Origin: Nitrosopumilaceae archaeon
Lineage (GTDB): Archaea; Thermoproteota; Nitrososphaeria; Nitrososphaerales; Nitrosopumilaceae
Assembly (NCBI GenBank): GCA_965207375.1
Contig: OZ242274.1
Span: 608,001 to 672,000, forward strand
Length of the DNA stretch: 64,000 nucleotides
Reading direction: 5' to 3'
In this document: one piece after another, positions 27,067 to 37,531 of the stretch
Layout of the letters: each line of letters begins with the position of its first letter
Numbering within the stretch: the stretch's first letter is position 1
Translations under genes and position numbers: made by a program
The notes under the pieces: model-generated
What the model was told of the DNA's origin: nothing
Seen by the model: the letters and a program-made list of their open reading frames with translations, nothing else
Databases searched by the model: none

Positions 27067-28023
27067 ATGGATTCTGTAGATCATGATCTTTTACTTCCAC
27101 TTGTGGAGGAACAAAACACCTGCCTTCCTCTGTCAATTAATGTAATAGCAAAATACTGGAATGTTGATCTGCCTCTAGCCGAAGCCATACTGCGGGCAAA
27201 AAACTATCCAAATGTAGACGGCAACATTTTGATTGAGGGAATTGAGCTAGCAGAAAAATACGGACTGAAAACAAAGATTTTACACTGTACTGTATCGCAA
27301 CTAAAAAAATTCATTGATATGGGAATTGCACCCATTGTTTTACTGCCAGGCGTTCAAGATATCATACAGCACGCATCTGTAATTTCAGGATATGATCCAG
27401 ACGATAAAACCATCATGCATTATGTTCCTAAAATGGAAAAGGATGGCTCATTTCATGTAGGCGTTATCCCCGAGGAAAAATTTGATCAGCATTGGTCTGA
27501 AGAAGGACGTTTGGCAATAGTTATTGCCCCACCTGATATATTTTCTCAATTAAAGAAATACGATGATGAAACATCAAACAGACTATGTTTTGAGTACGAA
27601 AAGCACAGCCTTTCAGGCAACCCACAAAAAGCAATAGAGCTGCTCAATCAAGCACTGTCCCTTTATCCCAAAAACATCAATGCCCATATGATTTTAGGAG
27701 GACTACTCAACGAACAAAATTCCTCAGACTGTATAAAACATTACGAGCAATGCATAAAACTGAACAAAAACTCTTACCTAGCTTATAGGGGATTGGGAAA
27801 TTATTTTCTAAAAACTAAACAATATTTGAGGGCCGAGCAATATTATACTGAGGCCATTGAAATTAATCCGCAGCGCTTTGGTCCAATATATAAAAATCGA
27901 GCAATTGTTAGAATGGAACAACAAAACAATTCTGGGGCAAAACTGGATCTTCAAAAATATCTCCAGTATACACCAGGTGCACATGACACATCAAGTATTA
28001 AACAGGCAATCAAGGAATTATGA
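27067..28023 (+). CDS. C39-like peptidase domain plus TPR repeats
   Basis: Q..CLP and HASVISGYD papain-like motifs; C-terminal TPRs. Confidence 0.7.
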   Translation: MDSVDHDLLLPLVEEQNTCLPLSINVIAKYWNVDLPLAEAILRAKNYPNVDGNILIEGIELAEKYGLKTKILHCTVSQLKKFIDMGIAPIVLLPGVQDIIQHASVISGYDPDDKTIMHYVPKMEKDGSFHVGVIPEEKFDQHWSEEGRLAIVIAPPDIFSQLKKYDDETSNRLCFEYEKHSLSGNPQKAIELLNQALSLYPKNINAHMILGGLLNEQNSSDCIKHYEQCIKLNKNSYLAYRGLGNYFLKTKQYLRAEQYYTEAIEINPQRFGPIYKNRAIVRMEQQNNSGAKLDLQKYLQYTPGAHDTSSIKQAIKEL

Positions 28024-28052
28024 TTAAATATTATGATACAGTACAATAACAC

Positions 28053-28226
28053 ATGGATGCAAAATGCCCCGAATGTGAACAGGTAGCAGTTTTAGATGAT
28101 GAAATTACACAGGTAAAATGTCCTCACTGCAATTTCGAGGCAGATTATGAAAAATATCTAGAAATTATGACCGATCATGCAGTCAACATGGCAGCAGACT
28201 ATATTCCTAAACGTTCTGGCATGTAA
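28053..28226 (+). CDS. Small zinc-ribbon protein (57 aa, not in ORF track)
   Basis: MDAKCPECEQ...KCPHCNF, two CxxC pairs. Confidence 0.75.
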   Translation: MDAKCPECEQVAVLDDEITQVKCPHCNFEADYEKYLEIMTDHAVNMAADYIPKRSGM

Positions 28227-28227
28227 T

Positions 28228-28350
28228 CTACCAAAAGCTTCCCTTGTCAGAGCAATCTAGATGTGCACCACATTTGGGACAAAACATGTGACATGCCTGC
28301 ATCCTGACCATCTTATTTTCACATCTTGGACAGGTAATCTTTTCTGTCAC
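28228..28350 (-). CDS. Small CPxCG zinc-finger protein (40 aa, not in ORF track)
   Basis: MTEKITCPRCENKMVRMQACHMFCPKCGAHLDCSDKGSFW, GTG start. Confidence 0.7.
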   Translation of the reverse strand: MTEKITCPRCENKMVRMQACHMFCPKCGAHLDCSDKGSFW

Positions 28351-28423
28351 AATGACATCCTGATAAAATCCTTAAAAAATATGTCCAAACGTTAATTAGG
28401 AGTTTTGCAAATTTGTTGCGTAC

Positions 28424-28828
28424 TTGACAAATTTCAAGCTGACCGTATCTGACATCAAGGGAAAATCCGTCACAAAGGAGATCAAAGAAGGCGAGGCCAA
28501 TGCGCTAATCGGCCTTCAGGTAGGAGCACAAACAGATGCAACCGTTGTCGGTCTGACCGGAAAAATTACCATAACCGGCGGTAGTGACAAATCTGGTGTT
28601 CCAATTCGCGGAGATGTACACGGTAGCGCAAGAAAGTATGTTTTACTATCCAAGGGTGTGGGATTACAAAAGGCAGAAACGGGTCAAAGAATTAGAAAGC
28701 TTGTCAGGGGAAATCAAATTTCTGAAGAAATTTATCAAATTAACTGTCGTTTTGATGGACAGTTGCCTGTAGAGCAGCAAGCACAAGAATCTGCTGACGA
28801 CACAAAATCCAAAGAAACGAAGCAATAA
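28424..28828 (+). CDS. rps6e: 30S ribosomal protein S6e
   Basis: ITGGSDKSG.P and G.R.RKLVRG motifs. Confidence 0.95.
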   Translation: MTNFKLTVSDIKGKSVTKEIKEGEANALIGLQVGAQTDATVVGLTGKITITGGSDKSGVPIRGDVHGSARKYVLLSKGVGLQKAETGQRIRKLVRGNQISEEIYQINCRFDGQLPVEQQAQESADDTKSKETKQ

Positions 28829-28859
28829 CTTAAGATACCCCAATCCTAATTTTGCAATA

Positions 28860-30119
28860 TTGCATTGGAAAGAAACTCTTCCTGATTGGTATGTTAAAAA
28901 ATACGGCTACCAGCCGTGTGTCAACATTGGCACCGCAGGCCACGTTGATCATGGAAAAACCACTCTAATCCAAGCACTTACCGGAAATTGGACCAGCGTT
29001 CACAGCCAAGAGCTAAAACGTGGTATTACTATTCGTGTGGGCTATTCTGATGCAGCATTTTACAAATGTCCCAAATGTGAGGAACCACTGGGATACTCTA
29101 CGACTCCTACCTGTCCTAATTGCGGTAGCCAAAGTGAATTATCTAGGGTCGTTAGTTTTGTTGATAGTCCAGGACACGAAAGTCTTATGGCCAACATGCT
29201 TTCTGGTTCTGCCTTGATGGATGGTGCACTGTTATTAGTTGCTTCAAATGAAAAGGTTCCAAAACCCCAGACAAAAGAGCACTTGCTGGCCCTTCAAACC
29301 TTGGGAATTAAACAAATTGTAATCATTCAAAACAAAGTTGATTTAATCACCTACAAAGAATCAATGTCTAATTATTCAGATATTACCAAATTTGTCAAAG
29401 GCACCAATGCTGCCAAATCGCCTGTAATACCGGTCTCTGCCCAGTCCGGCCTAAACATGGATGCATTAATTGGGGCAATTGAATCAAATATCGCAACACC
29501 AAAACGAGACGAGTCTGCAGATGCAGTCATGCATGTTTTGCGTTCCTTTGATGTCAACAAACCAGGCACTCTGATAAAAAACATCAGGGGGGGTGTAATT
29601 GGGGGAAGTCTTGTCCAGGGTAAATTTAAGGTAGGAGATGAAATTGAAATCAAACCCGGAATAGTCAACTCAAAAAACAAATACGATCCAATACAGACTG
29701 AGATTGTTTCATTGGGTACAGGTGCAGGCATTGTAGAGGCTGTAAAACCGGGAGGTCTAGTCGCAATAGGAACAAAATTGGATCCTTCACTTACTCGAAG
29801 TGATTCATTTATTGGCTCTATAATAGGAAAACCAGGAACTTTGCCTGAAAACTCTACAAAGGCTATCTTGAAGACAAGTCTTTTTGATCTTGCAGTAGGA
29901 TCACAGGAGGAGACAAAGGTCTTACCAATACAAAAAGCCGAGAATTTGCGGCTCAACATCGGCACTGCGCCCATACTGTCCAAAGTTTCTAACGTAAAGG
30001 GAAATTCCATATGTGTTGAATTCAAGAGACCTGTGTGCCTGTTTAAGGGAAGCAACGTTGCAATTAGCAGAAGAATTGCAGACAGATGGAGATTAATCGG
30101 TGCAGGTGTAGTTGGTTGA
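28860..30119 (+). CDS. eif2g: Translation initiation factor aIF2 gamma
   Basis: GHVDHGKT, RGITI, DSPGH, NKVD and WRLIG motifs. Confidence 0.96.
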   Translation: MHWKETLPDWYVKKYGYQPCVNIGTAGHVDHGKTTLIQALTGNWTSVHSQELKRGITIRVGYSDAAFYKCPKCEEPLGYSTTPTCPNCGSQSELSRVVSFVDSPGHESLMANMLSGSALMDGALLLVASNEKVPKPQTKEHLLALQTLGIKQIVIIQNKVDLITYKESMSNYSDITKFVKGTNAAKSPVIPVSAQSGLNMDALIGAIESNIATPKRDESADAVMHVLRSFDVNKPGTLIKNIRGGVIGGSLVQGKFKVGDEIEIKPGIVNSKNKYDPIQTEIVSLGTGAGIVEAVKPGGLVAIGTKLDPSLTRSDSFIGSIIGKPGTLPENSTKAILKTSLFDLAVGSQEETKVLPIQKAENLRLNIGTAPILSKVSNVKGNSICVEFKRPVCLFKGSNVAISRRIADRWRLIGAGVVG

Positions 30120-30480
30120 TGTTATCTGTGACACAAATTTTCTAATTCATCTGTCTACTTTTAGAATTAAAAATATTTCAAACCTAGATGTTGAAATTGG
30201 ACAAATCTCCTTTGTTGTTCCCACAGTTGTAATATCTGAATTGACAAAATTGTCAGAGGATCCCAAAAAGCATCAAAAGGCCCAGTCGGCCATACAATAT
30301 GCAAACAAACTGGAAAAAATCGAGATCAACGGAAAATATGCAGATGGGGCAATTTTGCAGCACGTATCAGATAACGGCGGCATTGTAGCTACACTAGACA
30401 AGGAGCTAAAATCTAAAGTCAAAGAAATTGGGGGCAGTGTAATGTCTCTTTGTAATGACTGTATTGTTTTAGAGTCTTAG
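30112..30480 (+). CDS. PIN domain protein (Fcf1/Utp24-like)
   Basis: DTNFL, EL, AD and ATLDKEL motifs; usual position after aIF2 gamma. Confidence 0.85.
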   Translation: MVDVICDTNFLIHLSTFRIKNISNLDVEIGQISFVVPTVVISELTKLSEDPKKHQKAQSAIQYANKLEKIEINGKYADGAILQHVSDNGGIVATLDKELKSKVKEIGGSVMSLCNDCIVLES

Positions 30481-30497
30481 AAAAATTTAATTTAGTC

Positions 30498-30977
30498 GTG
30501 TCTGCATCTATCTGTATCGTGGAAGAATTTTCGTTAACTAGTCCTGCATTTGCAAACGGCTCTCAAATTCCCAAAAAATACGGCTACAAGCATGGAAACT
30601 CTAGTCCTCCGTTACATTTGAACAACATACCAGACGGCTGCAAGTCTCTGGCCCTGATAATGGATGATCCTGATGCAATGGGTGCAGTAGGCAAAATATG
30701 GACACACTGGCTAATCTGGAACATATCTCCAGAGACCTCTGCCATTTTAGAATCAAAGGTACCTGAACATGCCATACAGGGCATTACTGATTTTGGCAAA
30801 ATAGGCTATGGTGGCCCCGCACCTCCTGACAGGCAACATACCTATGTTTTCAAACTATATGCACTAGATTCTGTCTTGAATCTATCAGAGGGCGCAGATA
30901 AAGGTCAACTAGAACGGGCAATAAATGATCATATTATATCATCCTCCAAACTGACAGGAACATTTGCACCACAATGA
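30498..30977 (+). CDS. YbhB/YbcL (PEBP) family protein
   Basis: DPDA, WTHW, GYGGPAPP and H.Y.F.LYALD motifs; true start may be slightly downstream. Confidence 0.9.
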   Translation: MSASICIVEEFSLTSPAFANGSQIPKKYGYKHGNSSPPLHLNNIPDGCKSLALIMDDPDAMGAVGKIWTHWLIWNISPETSAILESKVPEHAIQGITDFGKIGYGGPAPPDRQHTYVFKLYALDSVLNLSEGADKGQLERAINDHIISSSKLTGTFAPQ

Positions 30978-31018
30978 CTTCAAAAGAATAATAAGCTATT
31001 ATTTTGTCATTTGTATGA

Positions 31019-33154
31019 TTGATTGGCAATTCTACAATGTTTAAAATAGGCACATTCTCTTTTACGCGTCGCCATCTTTTGATTTTGGCAATACTGTCCA
31101 TATCCTTTACAATATCCTTTATGTTACGTTCAGCACCTGCTGAATTTGGCTATGAATTAAACGAGTTTGATCCGTTTTTTAATTATCGCGCCACCTCCTT
31201 TATTGTAGAAAACGGATACTTTGAATATTTGGACTGGCACGATGATAAAAGCTGGTATCCCAACGGCCGTGACGTGTCTAATTCACAAAGCATGCTGCAC
31301 TTGACTGCTGCTACAACATATCAAATATTTGGTGGCTCTACAGACCTGTATGATTTTACAATAATATTTCCCGTAGTATTTGGCTCCCTTACTGCCATAG
31401 TGGTATTTGCGCTTGTACGCGTTATTGGCGGCACCTCTGCTGGCCTGCTTGCAGCCCTATTTTATTCAGTGTCTGTTCCAATATTGGTCAGAGGAACCAT
31501 CGGCTGGTTCAAATCCGAACCATTGGGATTGTTTTATGGCGTTTTGGGAATCTACCTTTTTGCCAGTGGAATAAAATCAGATAACAAAAAAATTGCCGCC
31601 TTAAAATTGGCAGGTGCCGGAATCTTTTTGTCATTTGGACTCTCTTCTTGGGGAGGCATTCAATTTTTCATTTTACCGCTAGGGGTATTTTTCTTGGTTT
31701 TGCCATTTCTCCGAAATGATCACAGATTTCAGATGTGGGCCATTCCCTTATTTACGGCGTCTTTTGCAGCTGCCATACTTTTGTTTGACAGACCTGGACC
31801 TAGTTTCCTGACCGGCCTTGGAGGACTAGCAATTATTGGACCTACAATATCTCTTGTAATATGTAACGTAATCATGATGTATAGTAAGAAGGAAAAAACA
31901 TTCCGTAATGGGATTTTGTTTTTGGGCGGCATACTAGCATCAGGAGTTGCCATAATTTCTGCAAGCTTTGCTGGCGCGTTTTTGGGCATACCTAGTTTCA
32001 GATATCTAAACGCAGTCAATCCATTTTTAACTACGACACACCCCCTAGTTGACTCTGTATCAGAGCATGCAACAACTACTCTTGCACAATCATTTTATTT
32101 TCATTCCATATTGATGGTTTTTGCAGGAATTGCAATATGGCTAATTTTACAAAACAAAACCTCTACCGCATCTAAAAACTATGACATGTACGGATTTGCA
32201 TTGATTATAGGCATTGCAGGCGTCTATGTAAGCTCTGCCTTTGTTCGTTTGGAAATATTTGCCTCTTTATCACTTTTAATTTTGGGTTCAATTGGAATAT
32301 CCAAACTGTTCTCTAAACTATTTGAGGCCAAAAGTTTTGGGCCAAAATCCCTTTCCAAACTACCTCTGATGCAGGTTTTATTTTCAGTAGGAATTATTGT
32401 CATATTGATTATACCGCTAAATGTGCCAGCTAATGGTAACTGGACCAATGCAGTTGCTATACCGCCCACAATTCTTAATGGAGGTACAGTATACCCAATA
32501 GTTTCCAATGACTGGCCTGATGCGCTGTCTTGGATTGCAACCCAAACCCCCGAAGATTCAGTTGTTGCTGCCTGGTGGGACTATGGCTATTGGATTACTG
32601 TAGTTGGGAACCGGACTAGTATTGTAGATAATGCAACTATTGATGACAAGGCGATAGCAAAGATGGCCACGGTGTTTGTAAGCTCCCCTGATGAGGCATG
32701 GAAAATGCTAGGCGATATGGGCGCCGATTATATCCTAGTCTTTGTTGCAGCCGAGAAAATCTTTGAGGATGAGACTATAACGCTTTATACTCTACAGGGA
32801 GGAGGAGACGAAAGTAAAAAGCAGTGGTTCATAAGAATTGCAGGCCAAGATGTTTCAAAGTATCTTCATGCAGACAATATAAGCGGCACCCCGTATTTTT
32901 GGGATAACACATCCCTTGGAAAACTGTTCCCCTACACCCCAGTGGTATATTTTGATCCTGTAAACAATTTCCAATATGAAACATACAATCCAGGCACCAT
33001 TCCATTGTATGTAAAACAGGTTAAATACTCCCCAACCGAATCAGCACCATTCCATCTAGTATATGCATCTCCTAGCTATTTGAACAATGATGAACGATTC
33101 TCTCTTGGAATATTTATCTACCAAATCAACGAAAACTATGTTCCTGTACAATGA
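31019..33154 (+). CDS. aglB: Oligosaccharyltransferase AglB/STT3
   Basis: EFDP, SVSEH and WWDYG motifs; multi-TM. Confidence 0.93.
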   Translation: MIGNSTMFKIGTFSFTRRHLLILAILSISFTISFMLRSAPAEFGYELNEFDPFFNYRATSFIVENGYFEYLDWHDDKSWYPNGRDVSNSQSMLHLTAATTYQIFGGSTDLYDFTIIFPVVFGSLTAIVVFALVRVIGGTSAGLLAALFYSVSVPILVRGTIGWFKSEPLGLFYGVLGIYLFASGIKSDNKKIAALKLAGAGIFLSFGLSSWGGIQFFILPLGVFFLVLPFLRNDHRFQMWAIPLFTASFAAAILLFDRPGPSFLTGLGGLAIIGPTISLVICNVIMMYSKKEKTFRNGILFLGGILASGVAIISASFAGAFLGIPSFRYLNAVNPFLTTTHPLVDSVSEHATTTLAQSFYFHSILMVFAGIAIWLILQNKTSTASKNYDMYGFALIIGIAGVYVSSAFVRLEIFASLSLLILGSIGISKLFSKLFEAKSFGPKSLSKLPLMQVLFSVGIIVILIIPLNVPANGNWTNAVAIPPTILNGGTVYPIVSNDWPDALSWIATQTPEDSVVAAWWDYGYWITVVGNRTSIVDNATIDDKAIAKMATVFVSSPDEAWKMLGDMGADYILVFVAAEKIFEDETITLYTLQGGGDESKKQWFIRIAGQDVSKYLHADNISGTPYFWDNTSLGKLFPYTPVVYFDPVNNFQYETYNPGTIPLYVKQVKYSPTESAPFHLVYASPSYLNNDERFSLGIFIYQINENYVPVQ

Positions 33155-33156
33155 TT

Positions 33157-33315
33157 TTATTTTTGATATCTTTCGGCTAGTCTGTATCTCATGTATTTGT
33201 CATCAGGGGAAAACTTGGCAGGATGCGCAGACGAGGTATCACCGTCGCATTTTGGACATTGCATCTTCATAGTATATGTTTGACACTTGGAACATCTTCT
33301 TAATTGGAATCTCAT
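33157..33315 (-). CDS. nop10: H/ACA RNP protein Nop10 (not in ORF track)
   Basis: C..C.YT...CPKC...HPAKFSPDDKY..YR; directly follows aIF2 alpha. Confidence 0.93.
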   Translation of the reverse strand: MRFQLRRCSKCQTYTMKMQCPKCDGDTSSAHPAKFSPDDKYMRYRLAERYQK

Positions 33316-33316
33316 C

Positions 33317-34117
33317 TTATCCTACTCTTGTCTTCTTTGACTCTTCTCGCTCAAACCTGAAGGTGCCCTTTTTTTTCTCAATTACATGCTGAATTGCTGC
33401 AATTATGGGCTTTATGGCCCGTTCTGCTGCCTTAAAGTCAGGCGCAGTTATGCCCAATCTGTATTTTGGTGCGCCTAGATATGTGATTTCCACCTTTATG
33501 TCATCACCTTGTTTTGCGGCATCTTGCAGGGTTTTTTTGATTATTTCTACCCCGTTGGAGCCAGGATTGGTAATTTCCATAATTCCTCTTACCTGTACCG
33601 AAGGAAGTTTTATCTTCGAGCAGATCTCCTCTGTCACATCTAGAATTTTTTCCGGAATTTTCAGAGCATTTACTGTTTGTACACCCCTTGTTGCAATATC
33701 CATAAACGCATCATACAGTGAATCATACTTTGAATACAACAGATCTTCAAGATCTTCGCTTTGTTTGTCTGATAGTTTTGCCTTTTCTGCAATGTTTTTC
33801 ATCAACGTGTTTCCTTTTTCTTCCTGCTTTACCTCTAAAAGCTTCTTTTTCTTTTGATCTGTAGACACCTGTTTTAGTGATAAATCAATATCGTTACGGT
33901 CAGGATTTACTTTTTTGACTAGCAGCACCTTTTTTTCATTCTCCTTTACAAATTTGCTAATTGATCTAATCCAGCCGGGCGCAATTTCTGAAATGTGTAA
34001 AAATCCCTGCAATCCGTCATATTCGTCTAGTGTGACATATGCCCCATGATCCATTAATTTTGAAATTGTTGCAACAACAATTTCTCCTGGCTCTGGTAAT
34101 TCCGTATATACTGACAT
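33317..34117 (-). CDS. eif2a: Translation initiation factor aIF2 alpha
   Basis: S1 domain LDEY...HISE, IDLSLK and GAPKY motifs. Confidence 0.95.
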   Translation of the reverse strand: MSVYTELPEPGEIVVATISKLMDHGAYVTLDEYDGLQGFLHISEIAPGWIRSISKFVKENEKKVLLVKKVNPDRNDIDLSLKQVSTDQKKKKLLEVKQEEKGNTLMKNIAEKAKLSDKQSEDLEDLLYSKYDSLYDAFMDIATRGVQTVNALKIPEKILDVTEEICSKIKLPSVQVRGIMEITNPGSNGVEIIKKTLQDAAKQGDDIKVEITYLGAPKYRLGITAPDFKAAERAIKPIIAAIQHVIEKKKGTFRFEREESKKTRVG

Positions 34118-34156
34118 GATTCACAAATTTTATGATACATACATTAATGTTGCTTG

Positions 34157-34690
34157 TCAGAAATCTATTCCCTGTTTTGCCTTTACTCCCTTTTTGTAAG
34201 GGTGTTTGATCTCCCTCATTTCAGTAACTAGGTCTGCCAAATCAATTATCTCATCTCTGGCATAGTTTCCCGTTAATACCAAATCTAATCTTTCTGGTTT
34301 TGATTTAATCAAATTTATTACATCTTTTGGTTCTATTAATTTTAGATTTATTGCATAATTAATCTCGTCTAAAATTATCAGATCATACTTGTTTGATGTG
34401 ATTTTTTCCCTGCTAATTCTGATTGCTTCTTGTGCAATTTTGGTGTGCTGCTCCTTTGTGCTTTTATCGTCAATTATTCCGACAAATCCCCCCCCTATTG
34501 CTGTCATCTCAAACTCTGGCTCTAATCTTTTTGCAGAATCCATCTCACCGTAATGCCATGTTCCTTTGATGAATTGGATCATGCAAATTTTTTTGCTATA
34601 TCCTACTGCCCTTAGAACCATTCCGAGTGCAGCCGTTGTCTTTCCTTTTCCATTGCCTGTGTAAACTATGACTAACCCGTCTTGTTCCAT
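34157..34690 (-). CDS. cobO: Cob(I)yrinic acid a,c-diamide adenosyltransferase
   Basis: YTGNGKGKTTAA, QFIKG, LDE, KHPY and GIDF motifs. Confidence 0.93.
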   Translation of the reverse strand: MEQDGLVIVYTGNGKGKTTAALGMVLRAVGYSKKICMIQFIKGTWHYGEMDSAKRLEPEFEMTAIGGGFVGIIDDKSTKEQHTKIAQEAIRISREKITSNKYDLIILDEINYAINLKLIEPKDVINLIKSKPERLDLVLTGNYARDEIIDLADLVTEMREIKHPYKKGVKAKQGIDF

Positions 34691-34819
34691 ACTATATCTT
34701 TGTATTGTACTTTGTAAAAAGATACCCAACAAATAGATGCATGCGTAATGTCGTGCAGGTCAGAGATACTAGTACTCAACAAACCATCATTTAAATAAAA
34801 ATCAGATAAATTCATACGA

Positions 34820-36166
34820 TTGATAATACCTAGAATTGTTTTGTCTGGAACTAGCAGCGGCGTGGGAAAAACCTCTATTACCTGTGCCATAATTTACGGC
34901 CTTAAAAAAAGAGGATACTCTGTTCAACCCTTCAAGGTGGGTCCAGATTATATTGATCCGGGCTATCTTTCTACAGTATCTGGCAATCAATCACACAATC
35001 TTGATGTCTGGTTAATGGGAGAAGCTGAGCTGGTAAATAATTTTACTGGCAACTCAAATTCTGACATTTCTGTAATTGAAGGAGTCATGGGATACTATGA
35101 CGGTTTTTCAGGCAAAAGCAATCATGCTAGCACACATCATGTAGCTACGCTTACAAAATCCAATGTAATTTTAGTTGTTGATGCAGCAAAGACTGCACGG
35201 TCAATAGCAGCTACTGTTTTGGGCTTTACAAAATTCCATAAAAATTCCAGAATTTTGGGAATAATACTTAACAAAATAGCAGGTAAGAAGCATGAAAATC
35301 TGTGCAGAGATGCACTAACAGGACTCAGGATTCCGATAATTGGAATTGTGCCAAAAAACCCCGACCTTTCTTTGAAATCTAGACATCTTGGTCTGATACC
35401 AACAGTAGAGGACAATCAAGCTAGACTGCAAATTATCAAAATCGCAAAAACCATATCTGAATTTTTGGATTTTGATAAAATTATTAAAATCGCAAAGCTT
35501 GTCCAATCACTGCCTCCGCCTCGTAAAATTCAAGCAAAAAAACAATCCTGCGTAATTGCAGTAGCTTTGGATAACTCTTTTAATTTTTACTATCCTGCAA
35601 ATTTAGAGGCATTAAGACGGGAGGGTGCAAAAATCAAGTTCTTCAGTCCCGTCTCTGATACAAAATTTCCTACATGTGACGGAATATACATAGGCGGCGG
35701 CTTTCCAGAGGTATTATCCGAACCGCTTTCAAAAAACCATACCATGAAAAACCAAATAAAGCAGTCCCTAGAAAACGACACTCCACTGTATGCCGAATGC
35801 GGAGGTCTGATGTACCTTACAAGATCCATCCATGATGGAAGAAACAAATTTCCAATGGTCGGATTTTTTGACGCTCAAACCGTCATGACTACAAAAATGA
35901 AACTAAATTATACCAAGGCCAAAATTACATCAGAGTGTATAATTTCTGGCACGCCCAAAAATTTCCAAGGCCATGAATTTCATTATTCTGAACTGACTGA
36001 AATCGCACGAGACACTCGATTTGCATATGATATATCCGTAGGATCTGGAATTATCAAAAACTGCGACGGCATCATACAAAACAAGGCTCTTGCCTCATAT
36101 GGACATTTATATTTTGACAGCAAAAATTTTGCAAAAACCTTTGTTTCTAACTGCCTAAAATCTTAA
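34820..36166 (+). CDS. cbiA: Cobyrinate a,c-diamide synthase
   Basis: SGVGKT, KVGPDYID, EGVMG, RHLGL, AECGG and HEFHYS motifs. Confidence 0.95.
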   Translation: MIIPRIVLSGTSSGVGKTSITCAIIYGLKKRGYSVQPFKVGPDYIDPGYLSTVSGNQSHNLDVWLMGEAELVNNFTGNSNSDISVIEGVMGYYDGFSGKSNHASTHHVATLTKSNVILVVDAAKTARSIAATVLGFTKFHKNSRILGIILNKIAGKKHENLCRDALTGLRIPIIGIVPKNPDLSLKSRHLGLIPTVEDNQARLQIIKIAKTISEFLDFDKIIKIAKLVQSLPPPRKIQAKKQSCVIAVALDNSFNFYYPANLEALRREGAKIKFFSPVSDTKFPTCDGIYIGGGFPEVLSEPLSKNHTMKNQIKQSLENDTPLYAECGGLMYLTRSIHDGRNKFPMVGFFDAQTVMTTKMKLNYTKAKITSECIISGTPKNFQGHEFHYSELTEIARDTRFAYDISVGSGIIKNCDGIIQNKALASYGHLYFDSKNFAKTFVSNCLKS

Positions 36167-36789
36167 TTTTGAGCCAATTTGTATAGTGCATTGATGATGG
36201 CTGCAGCAACTGCACTGCCTCCTTTTCTGCCCCTGTTTGTAATAAATTCTGCATCTGATTGTGCTAGCTGTTCCTTTGATTCTGCTGCTGATATGAATCC
36301 AACCGGTATTCCTATGATTAACGCAGGACGTATCACTTTCTCCTTTGCCATCTGCAATACCTCCAAGAGTGCGGTAGGTGCATTGCCTATTGCAACTATT
36401 GCCCCGTCAATATCTGATGCGGCCTGTCTCATAGATACCTGCGAGCGCGTTTTTCCTTCCTGTATAGCCTGCTCCATTATTTCTGGATCTGAAATTTTAC
36501 AAACAATTTTGTTGCCATAGTTTTTCAGATTCTGCTTGTTTAGTCCCCCCATCACGCCATTTACATCTATAACTATATTGCAGCCATTTTTGAGTGCCTC
36601 AATTCCTACACTTGTTGCATTTTGCGAAAACAACATTGTATTTGTTTGTGCAAAGTCAAAGTCTGCTGTAGTATGAATGACTCTTCTTACAATTGGCCAC
36701 TGCAACTCGTCAAAATTGTGACTACCAATCTCAGATTCGATCATTTGCATACTGGCATCTTCAATTGACTGTCCCTTTCTAGTTTGCAT
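36163..36789 (-). CDS. cbiC: Precorrin-8X methylmutase
   Basis: RVIHTTAD, GNAPTAL, PVGF and GRKGGS motifs. Confidence 0.95.
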   Translation of the reverse strand: MQTRKGQSIEDASMQMIESEIGSHNFDELQWPIVRRVIHTTADFDFAQTNTMLFSQNATSVGIEALKNGCNIVIDVNGVMGGLNKQNLKNYGNKIVCKISDPEIMEQAIQEGKTRSQVSMRQAASDIDGAIVAIGNAPTALLEVLQMAKEKVIRPALIIGIPVGFISAAESKEQLAQSDAEFITNRGRKGGSAVAAAIINALYKLAQN

Positions 36790-37531
36790 TTTCGACCTCT
36801 CTTGCCCTTTGAATAATTAAATCTATCATTTTTTCATCTGCTCCTAGGTGCTTTGTTATGCATACGTTTTTTAAATCCACCTCCTTTAACGCAGGATTTA
36901 GATCCTCATAAATGTCGGTTTTTACATGTGCGCCCTTGTGCAAGAAATAAAAAACAACAACTAGTGCCTTGGGGTTATTTTTCTTGCATGATTTTATTCC
37001 TGAATTAATATCGGGCTGTTCGATTTCCAAAAAACAGTATTCTGCATTCCTGTATTGTTTTGCTAGTCCATCTACAACATATTTTAATGACATTTGCGCA
37101 TTTGGGTCCTTGCTGCCGTGTCCGATTACTAGCACGTCTATTTCATTTTTTGGCAGGGAAATTTTTTTGTCCTCAAGTGCTGATGCAATTCTGTTTTCAA
37201 CTAGGTCAATCAGACTCTGATGCATGCTCATTGGTTTAGTTACGACAAACTTGATACCTGTATGTTTTTGATATTTCATCACATCTGTAACTGCAAGTTT
37301 GACCTTTTTTCCAGGATAAAGAAAGTACGGCACTATTGTCAGCCCGTCTATATCTTTTGACAGTATCTTTTGCATTACGTCTTTGATAAACGGCCCAACG
37401 ACTTCTAGGAAGCAAAAATCTGTAAAGTCATAATTTCCCAGCTTTTTTACCTTCTTGCATATTATCTCTAATTCCTCTGATGCCTCCTTTTCCCTGCTTC
37501 CCCTATCTATTATTAGCAATCCGCGTTTCAA
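36779..37531 (-). CDS. cbiX: Sirohydrochlorin cobaltochelatase (duplicated CbiX)
   Basis: Two repeats (RGS/HGS, FLE, P/F.F...G.H). Confidence 0.88.
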   Translation of the reverse strand: MKRGLLIIDRGSREKEASEELEIICKKVKKLGNYDFTDFCFLEVVGPFIKDVMQKILSKDIDGLTIVPYFLYPGKKVKLAVTDVMKYQKHTGIKFVVTKPMSMHQSLIDLVENRIASALEDKKISLPKNEIDVLVIGHGSKDPNAQMSLKYVVDGLAKQYRNAEYCFLEIEQPDINSGIKSCKKNNPKALVVVFYFLHKGAHVKTDIYEDLNPALKEVDLKNVCITKHLGADEKMIDLIIQRAREVENAN

